A stretch of DNA of 55,529 nt from positions 1 through 55,529 of IMG/VR virus record IMGVR_UViG_3300025030_000131, one strand, 5' to 3'. Positions within the stretch are counted from its first letter, which is position 1. Every line of letters starts with the position of its first letter. Below, one piece after another: positions 48,008-55,529 of this stretch. The position numbers and the translations under genes are program-made. The notes under the pieces were generated by a model. The model ran no database searches, was not told the origin of the DNA, and worked only from the letters and a program-made list of their open reading frames with translations. The DNA comes from a virus (lineage: Duplodnaviria; Caudoviricetes).

Positions 48008-48234
48008 TCCGTCATTTTTTGCAGGTCAAACAGGTTTTGCTGATAGTTTCTCTGCAGGTGCATGATGGACTCATGGTAGTCACGGGTAATCAATTGCTTT
48101 ATTTCCTCTATGGAATATGTCTTTTTACAGAGAGTACAATAGATTGACCCGTCATCCATGAATTGAAGTTTGCCCCATCCCTCGTTTATTAGTTTGTGGT
48201 TCGGACAGGCGATAAATGCGATTGGGGTATTCAT
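47983..48234 (-). CDS. Hypothetical protein
   Basis: RBS GAGGA; CPNH...CTLC. Confidence 0.55.
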   Translation of the reverse strand: MNTPIAFIACPNHKLINEGWGKLQFMDDGSIYCTLCKKTYSIEEIKQLITRDYHESIMHLQRNYQQNLFDLQKMTEWTSRVNP

Positions 48235-48245
48235 TTGATCCTCAC

Positions 48246-48503
48246 TTATTCAAAAGTTTGTCTGATAACTTCATCCCCATTCTCAATGGTGTGGTTGGGG
48301 TTGGGAATGACCCTGAATACCCTGCGCTCGGAAGTCCTGCCAAATTCGATCAGGTCAAACAGGGGAATCCGATAGACCAGGCCGCGCTTGTGAATTTCAA
48401 GCACATGCAGGTCAGCATGATATAGGAAAAGGAACTGCCCCCCATCGGTTTTTACTTCGACCTTGTTTCTGTGTGGTGCTGGCTGCGGCTTGGCGTCAGG
48501 CAT
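48246..48503 (-). CDS. Hypothetical protein
   Basis: Coupled to the upstream head gene. Confidence 0.55.
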   Translation of the reverse strand: MPDAKPQPAPHRNKVEVKTDGGQFLFLYHADLHVLEIHKRGLVYRIPLFDLIEFGRTSERRVFRVIPNPNHTIENGDEVIRQTFE

Positions 48504-49314
48504 TGGGTCTCTTTCTTGTCCGTATTTGACAAAGGCAATTTTCGCGGCATGTTGCCTGTGTAATGGGTACTATTTGATCTATTGGTATCCAGCCCAATTC
48601 CGCCAGTTCAATACAACCGGGGCGGTCATCGGAGTCATGGCAATGGTCTTCATTCTCGCCCAATATGCGTATGCCCTCATTGTGGCCGACTCTCCTGCCC
48701 GCCGCGAGTTTGGCATTCTGAAACATTCCATTGGCCGCCCTTGCCATCCTGCCCGCTGTGGACACGATACGCCCATTGAATGGCATTGTGCCTGTCTCAA
48801 TGGCTATCTTGAACATATCCAGCTTGTCGAAATACAGGATACTCCATAGATAAAAGGCGTTGCGGGTTGCCTCGTTCTCGAAAAGCAAGCCGCCCAATGT
48901 GACGGTCCACACAGCGCGGAACAGGGCTTTCAGGATCGAGCGGACTCTGGCGTACCAGATGACGAACAGGATCGCGCCGGCCATCATCTGCTTGGTTTGG
49001 GTTCGGATGCGGTTCTTGGCTTCCGTGGATACCTTGAACACGGCTCGGCGAATCTCCGCCTCCGAGACCGTTCGGTTGGAAAGGACTCTCCTGTACTTAC
49101 CACTTGCGGGATTGTAGATGAAATCCCGCTCACCCCGGCGCAGCGGGCGCGGGGAGGTTCCCATGCGGCGGGCATCCAATAAGCCGGGCAAGCCCGACAT
49201 ATTCCATAACTCGCGCATCAGTTCATCGTCTGTGATCGTGTGCGTGGTCAGGTAATGACGGGTCTCACTGGCCGACGAAGTGGGAAAGTTTTGAAGGATG
49301 CTGCGACTCGCCAT
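48496..49314 (-). CDS. Head morphogenesis / MuF-like minor head protein
   Basis: Follows the portal; C-terminal HC...C...C..NCLC. Confidence 0.6.
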   Translation of the reverse strand: MASRSILQNFPTSSASETRHYLTTHTITDDELMRELWNMSGLPGLLDARRMGTSPRPLRRGERDFIYNPASGKYRRVLSNRTVSEAEIRRAVFKVSTEAKNRIRTQTKQMMAGAILFVIWYARVRSILKALFRAVWTVTLGGLLFENEATRNAFYLWSILYFDKLDMFKIAIETGTMPFNGRIVSTAGRMARAANGMFQNAKLAAGRRVGHNEGIRILGENEDHCHDSDDRPGCIELAELGWIPIDQIVPITQATCRENCLCQIRTRKRPNA

Positions 49315-49316
49315 GA

Positions 49317-50888
49317 TTAGATCGTCCGTCCTGTTACGTCTTCTTCGGCCAACCCTTGCCCCGTCGCTATTCCAATGGGAATATTCTCGTCCTCATCGGC
49401 TTCGTTCTCCGACTCCCCTCCCCCACCGTTATTTGGCTCATCTTCCGCAGGCGTGTTGGGGGGCGAGTAATTATCGAAATGGCGGTCTGCAAAGTCTTTC
49501 AGGGTCATAAAGGTTTCGAAGTTGCCGTCCGTGATCTTGTCTATCACTTCGGCCTCGGCCTTTGCCACGTCCATCTTTTCGATGGGGGTCATTTCGTAGA
49601 GAGGCAGCCATTCCACGGAGAACTTGCCGGTGGAGGGCGCGGGGATAAACCCGTTCATGTATGCGTACTCCACAAAGGACTGCAACCACGGTTCGCAGGT
49701 TTGAGTCTGCCTGGCATTGATGACATTACCCACGTTCTTTTGATCCTGGCTGGATGCCAGTTCGCCGCGCTCAGACCCCAATAGAATCCTTTGGGGGATT
49801 CCCTCGGTGCCGGCCACCAAGCCGATCAGCAGGTCGGTCTGGTTTCTGCCGTCCACCATCTGCGTTGTTATCTGGGTCACGTCCATGTTCCTGAGTTGGA
49901 TCAGGAGTCTCATCTGGTGCTCGTAATTCTCGACCTGTTCATCCAATTTCGTGCGTTCGGGTGATCCCTCAGCCGGCAACTGGAATCCCTCCCTTGCGGT
50001 AAGGATTAGGACACGGCGGATATGCTGCCAGTAGGCCTCCGATGAGGATCCGGCCACCTTCTCCAGATCGTTCAGCCAGTTGAATGATTTTTTCAGGCCG
50101 GGGATGCCGTAGACGTTGGACCTGCTTCTCCCCTGTTTGAAGTGGATCACCCTGGTATGGTGTACCGGGATGGACTGCCCGTTCTCCTCGAACTGGCATT
50201 GATACATATTGGGGAGTCCATAACGGGGCGACATAATATCAGTCACAGGTTCGGTCAAAGTGACCTGGCCTTCGTCCAGCACTCTCAGGAATTCTATAAC
50301 GTTATTTCCTTCTGTGAGAGGTTCGGAGTACCTTGTCGTGCCCTTGACTCCCACCACGATCACGGCGAAGCGGGAAATACCCAATGCGACATCCAACTCA
50401 TTGAAGAGGCTTGCAAGTTTGAATTTATCAACAAGGTTCAGCCAGTCTTTCAGGAACGGCGTACTATCCTTATAGTCCGCCTTGTCCTTGCCATCGTGCA
50501 GGACGGGGAACTTGCGCCACGACTCGCCGGCCTTGAAGTCCACGACTCTTGCGGCGATGCCGTTGCGGTCATAGAGATTGTAAAAATCAGTAAAGACAAG
50601 TTCCTTTTTCCACCCCAGGACATCGTACAGGTCGCGCCGTCCATTGAAGGACTGTCCCAATGCGGATTGCAGGGCGGAGCGGCTCACAAGTGACGCCATG
50701 TTATTGACGATCTGTAAGAGGTCGTTTTTCTTCTGCTTCTGTATCACCTTGTCATCGAAATCAATCCCTGCCCCATAGAACATATTGCCCACCATTTGGG
50801 TCAGGTCTTTTTTTGTAACATCCCTGCCCGTCAGTTTCTTGGGGCCGGGATTGATACGTTCTGCGGCGGATATTTGTGTTTTTTTCAT
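49317..50888 (-). CDS. Portal protein (DUF1073-like)
   Basis: LYDRNGIAARVVD, RYGLP..Y, VHHTRVIHF, IPQRILLGSERGELASSQD. Confidence 0.88.
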   Translation of the reverse strand: MKKTQISAAERINPGPKKLTGRDVTKKDLTQMVGNMFYGAGIDFDDKVIQKQKKNDLLQIVNNMASLVSRSALQSALGQSFNGRRDLYDVLGWKKELVFTDFYNLYDRNGIAARVVDFKAGESWRKFPVLHDGKDKADYKDSTPFLKDWLNLVDKFKLASLFNELDVALGISRFAVIVVGVKGTTRYSEPLTEGNNVIEFLRVLDEGQVTLTEPVTDIMSPRYGLPNMYQCQFEENGQSIPVHHTRVIHFKQGRSRSNVYGIPGLKKSFNWLNDLEKVAGSSSEAYWQHIRRVLILTAREGFQLPAEGSPERTKLDEQVENYEHQMRLLIQLRNMDVTQITTQMVDGRNQTDLLIGLVAGTEGIPQRILLGSERGELASSQDQKNVGNVINARQTQTCEPWLQSFVEYAYMNGFIPAPSTGKFSVEWLPLYEMTPIEKMDVAKAEAEVIDKITDGNFETFMTLKDFADRHFDNYSPPNTPAEDEPNNGGGGESENEADEDENIPIGIATGQGLAEEDVTGRTI

Positions 50889-51085
50889 GATTGGCCTTCC
50901 TCTGTGAGGGTCATTCCCTCTATACTGGATAGGGGAATGAAAATGCACTCAGACTCTTGCAGGTTCTTGAAATCCGATCCCACAATACAAAGATGATCCC
51001 CGTCCACAAATGCGCGATAAGCGTGTTTTTTGATTACAGCCATTATAGCCACGTCAATTTTAGTGGGTTCGTAATATTCCAGCTT

Positions 51086-51352
51086 TTACCTGACCCAATA
51101 AAATAAACGGACTGCCAGGTGCAGCGGAATTGGATAAAGGACGGCATGGGCTGAGAAGGAGATGACATAAGCGACTGCGTATCCCGCCGGCAAAGTTGTC
51201 ATTGCATAGAGGGGGTAATTGATCCTCAGACTCTTGATCCAGACCGGGCCAAAAAAGTGACTATATGTTCTAAGGATTCCTTTTTCAGCCCAAAAGTAAT
51301 CGTTACCCTTGTGTTTTACATCCTCAAACCCGAATATCCAAAAGAATTTCAT
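51086..51352 (-). CDS. Hypothetical protein
   Basis: ATGA-coupled ORF between terminase and portal. Confidence 0.45.
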   Translation of the reverse strand: MKFFWIFGFEDVKHKGNDYFWAEKGILRTYSHFFGPVWIKSLRINYPLYAMTTLPAGYAVAYVISFSAHAVLYPIPLHLAVRLFYWVR

Positions 51353-51567
51353 GACTCTCTCCACTTCAAAGCCTGATCCAGATGGGAGATAAGGATCGTG
51401 GCCCATTTCCTGACATTCTCACAGCGCGGGCACAAAAGAAATAGTTCAGACTCCCGCGCCATCATGCAGGTGATGGGACTCTGGCAATGTTCTTTGAGAG
51501 CCGTCCTGTATTCCTGATGGGCGGATATGATCTTGGAAAGGTGGTTGAATTCAATACGTGGGAGCAT
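51349..51567 (-). CDS. Hypothetical protein
   Basis: 72-aa ORF, CPRC. Confidence 0.45.
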   Translation of the reverse strand: MLPRIEFNHLSKIISAHQEYRTALKEHCQSPITCMMARESELFLLCPRCENVRKWATILISHLDQALKWRES

Positions 51568-51578
51568 GGGACTTCCTG

Positions 51579-51773
51579 CTATTGGTACTCATACTCAACG
51601 ACAACCCAAAAAACGGGCTTACCATTCTCGTCCCTGTTCTTGACTGGAAACAGGTCGATCATGGGCTTCGTGAACTCAAGCCCCCCCCCTGGCATAACTT
51701 CATAAAGAGCGGGCGAAACACGTTCACCATCCACAAAGACATTCAATACTTTTGTTGGGGTAATTTTTGTCAT
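51579..51773 (-). CDS. Hypothetical protein
   Basis: 64-aa ORF. Confidence 0.45.
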   Translation of the reverse strand: MTKITPTKVLNVFVDGERVSPALYEVMPGGGLEFTKPMIDLFPVKNRDENGKPVFWVVVEYEYQ

Positions 51774-51806
51774 GGCTGTGTTTTCTGGTTTTTATTATAG
51801 CACTCT

Positions 51807-53444
51807 CTACCACGCGCCGGCTATGGGTTGATCGGGCGCGAATGTCATAATCAGGGACTCGGCCTTGTCCGGGCTCCTGCCAAGTGATTCCTTCATCTTT
51901 TCCTTGTGGCTGATTCGCACCTTGCCGTTATACACCTCGTAAGACGGCGCAACAAGCTCATCTATCAAATCATCGTCGGGCGGGATCATGGCTCCGGGGT
52001 CGTTTTTCAACCAGAGCATACACGACCACCATAATTGATCCCGAAGCTGTGGAAAGACTCCCATCTCGTTCCCGTACTCGTCCCTGGCAATGAAGGTGGG
52101 GCTGGACGCCACCATTACCTTCTCGGCATAAGGAATCTTCAATCCCTGCATACGCGGGGCGACGCCGGCCCCGACTCCCGTACCGTCCACGTTGACTTTT
52201 ATTTTATTCAACGGCACGTCAAGGAATTTTATGATCTCAGCGGCTTTGATCGCTGTCTGCTCCACGTCTATGCCGTTCCATGTGCGGATCGGCGCGACCC
52301 ACCCACCCCACCTTTGAGTCAAGGCGTTCTTATCCCTGCCCTGGTCTGCCACGTCAATCCCGATGATCGGGAATACGGCCTTTGGTGGAATCTCTCCGTG
52401 GAGAGCCACATAGGTCTGCCAGCGTGAGACGGCCATGTCCACCCAGGCGCGGGAGATTAATTGCATCTCGGACTGCGGGGGGTAGACTCCGATCACCTTA
52501 TAAAACAACTCAGGATTCTCCACCCTACGCCAGCCGGCGGGGAGTGGCGGGTAAGGGATATTTTGCGGGCTATTTGCAATCGACCCAACTAAAAATTGAG
52601 GGGTCTGGAAACATTCGAGATTCGGCTTTTCATCTTTCGCCATTGGCCTCGACCATTGATTGATGCGCCTGACGGTCATTTCCCTGGTGACTGCGCCCTT
52701 GATCGTTTCCACGCCTGTCAGTACGTTGGGATGATCGAAGGCGGAAAGGAAAATTATTTTTCCCTGTTTTTTCTTGACCATATTTGCCACATAGCCAATA
52801 TCTGCGCGGGGGTTGAACATAATGAGCAAACGCGCCATGCCGCCGGACATACAAGACTCTATCCCCTTGTACACTTCGGGCGGAACAGCGTCCCCTTCAT
52901 CCACAATGAAAAGCAAATGTGCAGAATGCTTTCCACTAAATTTTGCCTCTCTTTGTTCGGGCGTGCCAGTGGATGGAATAATGACACCAGAAATAAAGGA
53001 CTTGCTGCTTCTCTGGATTTTCATGCCCTCGCTGATTTTATCCTCTGCGAAGACGTGCGGATGATCGTGGATGATCGTTCCTATTTCACCCCATAGGATT
53101 TGTTTCAGGTTGTTTTCGGGAGGGGCGGCGCTGATGAACACCTTGCTGTCGGTAAACACTTTATAGAACCAGACCGCAATGTGCGCGGCTGAATGCGACT
53201 TGCCAATAGCATTAGCCGATACCGCAATTGTGACAGTGTTTTCCATAACGCTTTCAATCACCTGTTTGATGGGGTCTGTAAACCGTGTCTTTAGGTGAAT
53301 TTCATTGAAGCCCAAAGGGTCGCTGTCGAAAGAACCGTATCCGTGCAGGTATGATAGAGCAGTAGAGTCTCCCTTCACCGCCCTGTATCTCAATTCTGCC
53401 TCGGCTCGTATTTGCAGCTTACTCAGACTTTGACTTGCGTTCAT
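51807..53444 (-). CDS. terL: Terminase large subunit
   Basis: SANAIGKS (Walker A), LLFIVDEG (Walker B), MFNP, IGIDVA, LGRSPDKAESL. Confidence 0.9.
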   Translation of the reverse strand: MNASQSLSKLQIRAEAELRYRAVKGDSTALSYLHGYGSFDSDPLGFNEIHLKTRFTDPIKQVIESVMENTVTIAVSANAIGKSHSAAHIAVWFYKVFTDSKVFISAAPPENNLKQILWGEIGTIIHDHPHVFAEDKISEGMKIQRSSKSFISGVIIPSTGTPEQREAKFSGKHSAHLLFIVDEGDAVPPEVYKGIESCMSGGMARLLIMFNPRADIGYVANMVKKKQGKIIFLSAFDHPNVLTGVETIKGAVTREMTVRRINQWSRPMAKDEKPNLECFQTPQFLVGSIANSPQNIPYPPLPAGWRRVENPELFYKVIGVYPPQSEMQLISRAWVDMAVSRWQTYVALHGEIPPKAVFPIIGIDVADQGRDKNALTQRWGGWVAPIRTWNGIDVEQTAIKAAEIIKFLDVPLNKIKVNVDGTGVGAGVAPRMQGLKIPYAEKVMVASSPTFIARDEYGNEMGVFPQLRDQLWWSCMLWLKNDPGAMIPPDDDLIDELVAPSYEVYNGKVRISHKEKMKESLGRSPDKAESLIMTFAPDQPIAGAW

Positions 53445-53961
53445 CAATTTCTTTTTGGATAATGGAAGGATCAACCCCTTGTCGGAGTCTTAAGATTTGC
53501 TCAGGAGTGCAATCATCGAAGTCGAAATTATCATAAGTGACTCCCACTCTCTTTGGAGCCTCGACTCCTAAAATAGCGCAGCGTTGTTTGATGCAACTCA
53601 TAACCCCATCCAGGAACCGAGCATCCCCGAATTGCTTTTCCTGTTTGGCGGTTTTCGTTATCCCCATGGGACTCTCGGATTGTATCTGTGTAATGGCATT
53701 CCCCTGGCTCCGCTCCCACGCCTCCCAATATTCCAGTTCCAGGACATCCAACTTGGCAAGTTCCTTCTGTTTTGCTTCATTGATGTCGTAAACACGCTCC
53801 TCTTTCCATTCCGCCTGAAGCAGTTTCAACTCGCGGGATACTGTCGGCTGGCTGATCTTCAACTCAAAAGCGATTTCAGCCTGAATTTTTCCCTGCAAAT
53901 ATAAACGGGAGATATTTCTGCGATCCCGCTCTATCTCCGATGGTTTCCTGTCTTTTGCCAT
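53419..53961 (-). CDS. terS: Terminase small subunit (HTH)
   Basis: LYLQGKIQAEIAFELKISQPTVSREL HTH; directly upstream of terL. Confidence 0.7.
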   Translation of the reverse strand: MAKDRKPSEIERDRRNISRLYLQGKIQAEIAFELKISQPTVSRELKLLQAEWKEERVYDINEAKQKELAKLDVLELEYWEAWERSQGNAITQIQSESPMGITKTAKQEKQFGDARFLDGVMSCIKQRCAILGVEAPKRVGVTYDNFDFDDCTPEQILRLRQGVDPSIIQKEIDERKSKSE

Positions 53962-53976
53962 TAGTTTCTCACCTGT

Positions 53977-55245
53977 TTATTTCAACCTTTCAATCTTTAT
54001 TCCGGGGAATGCGTCAGTCATCCTTTGGAGTATGACGGCGCAATACGATTCGCTTATCTCTAATCCGCGTCCTTTGCGGTTTAGATTCTGGCAGGCTACG
54101 AGAGTCGTGCCTGAGCCGCAAAAGTTGTCTACAACAATATCACCTTCATCCGTATGGTTTAGCATAGCATTCATGGGTAATTCAACTGGCTTTATTGTTG
54201 GATGGTCGGGCGAGTGAAGTGGTTTATTTACATTCCAGGTTGATGTAGTAAATCCGCGTTTGTATCTCTTGTGTGTTTTTACCCACGTAAACAAAATGGG
54301 TTCGTGCTGATATTCATAGTCCAATCTTCCGAGCGAGAATGTCGGGGAGTTTTTTACCCAATTCAGAACGTGCCTTATCTCTAAGCCGGCATTCATCATC
54401 ATCATCATCATCAATCCCAACGAACCGCCCTGAGGACTGCACACAAACACAGAACAATCATCGGCTAAATAATTCTTTATCAAAGTAAATGCAGACAAAA
54501 GCATCGCGCCTAAATCTTCTTTCTCGCTGTCTTGGTCTGATTCTATGTCTGTTAAATTCCTTCCAGAAGGCTGGAAGGAATTTAACATCCTATTCTTTGC
54601 ACCAATCGAAACGCCATAAGGCGGATCAGTAAATAACAACGTTGCCTTCTCTTGCCTCATTAGTTTTTGAATATCTTGCTCACAGGTTGAATCCCCGCAT
54701 AACAATCTATGCTGACCTATGGCAAATAAGTCACCTTTGCGAACTTTCCATTTCTTCAACAACTCCGCCACCCTGTCTGTCTGCGGCTCTGCATCCGCGT
54801 TTTCGTCGCCCATGTCGAGGCCGGCTCCGAGCAACTCTTTTTCCGAAAATCCCCAATCCAGCAGGTCTGGTATTTCAAAGTTATCAGCCAGCTTATCAAA
54901 ATCCCATTCACCCGTATTTTTTCTCAGGCGTATGACGACTTCCTCCCGTTCCTTCTCGGTCAACTTGCGGGACGGGATACGCACATCTACCAGTGTACCA
55001 GGCGATACTTTGTTGATCTGCAATTCGACCATCAGTCTTTGATGGCCGTCAAGCAGGGGCAGCCTCTTCGCGCCATTCGCGGGCGCGGCGGCCACATACG
55101 GAATGACGTGATCGAATTTATTGATACTCTTTGATAATTCCCGTGCGTCGCTCTTCGATATTTTTACGGGATTCTTTTCCCACTCAATCAGGTCTTTCAA
55201 CTTGACGCGCTTTGTAGTCCATTTGATCTTATCTTTCTTTGCCAT
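53977..55245 (-). CDS. ParB-like N-terminus + N4/N6 DNA methyltransferase
   Basis: KNPVKI, LDGHQR; HRLLCGDST, TDPPYG, HPTIKP, DNFCGSGTT. Confidence 0.88.
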   Translation of the reverse strand: MAKKDKIKWTTKRVKLKDLIEWEKNPVKISKSDARELSKSINKFDHVIPYVAAAPANGAKRLPLLDGHQRLMVELQINKVSPGTLVDVRIPSRKLTEKEREEVVIRLRKNTGEWDFDKLADNFEIPDLLDWGFSEKELLGAGLDMGDENADAEPQTDRVAELLKKWKVRKGDLFAIGQHRLLCGDSTCEQDIQKLMRQEKATLLFTDPPYGVSIGAKNRMLNSFQPSGRNLTDIESDQDSEKEDLGAMLLSAFTLIKNYLADDCSVFVCSPQGGSLGLMMMMMMNAGLEIRHVLNWVKNSPTFSLGRLDYEYQHEPILFTWVKTHKRYKRGFTTSTWNVNKPLHSPDHPTIKPVELPMNAMLNHTDEGDIVVDNFCGSGTTLVACQNLNRKGRGLEISESYCAVILQRMTDAFPGIKIERLK

Positions 55246-55429
55246 CGCGCTTCCTTTTTTTATTCCTTCGGATTATTCGTAGTTTACCACATTGGCTACG
55301 CGATTTGAAGGATTCGGAAGTGAAATGACCCGCGCTCAATTCATAAAGAACATGGGTAGACGGCTGGATCATTTTGTGAAGTATGCCGATCATGGATGAA
55401 CAATACATCCTTTGTCCCGCTACTCGACA

Positions 55430-55529
55430 AGGGATGTAAAACCGTGTATAATCAACCCAGGAGCATAACCCATGAAAAAAACGAAACCAACCACCCCCAA
55501 CCCATCCACCCTGAAATCGCGCCGGCGCT
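55430..55529 (+). repeat. Direct repeat identical to 3970-4069 (5' part of the second gene copy, ATG 55472)
   Basis: 100-bp identity running to the end of the window. Confidence 0.95.

Noticed and set aside
1-55529. Terminal direct repeats of a linear virion genome
   Set aside because: The two ends do not match each other; each matches a different part of the internal 3970-4316 copy, typical of an assembly break at a repeat

Overview
Near-complete (~55.7 kb inferred) tailed, siphovirus-type phage genome. Early/replication genes lie on + (1-20.1 kb); packaging, head, tail and lysis genes lie on - (20.3-55.2 kb). Both window ends fall inside a second copy of a ~350-bp repeat (3970-4316), so the genome probably closes as a circle with a 134-bp gap. 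Main observations: (1) an integron-type cassette array (four attC sites, with each cassette start complementary to its own R'') and no IntI, carrying phage-type genes including an Acb2/Tad1-like protein, in a ~4.2-kb module flanked by direct repeats; (2) a SNF2 helicase intein whose putative homing endonuclease is a separate gene nested in the +1 frame with its own RBS; (3) a DGR (target/VR, avd, TR) with 11 adenine-only TR/VR mismatches whose RT catalytic core and TR 3' end are deleted; (4) a stand-alone ~300-nt RNA resembling group II intron domain I; (5) a prohead protein fusing DUF2213, ChaB-like and 2H-phosphoesterase (Acb1-like) domains. Family assignments come from motif recognition by eye; no database searches were run. 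A Chloroflexota/Anaerolineae-like host is only a guess.
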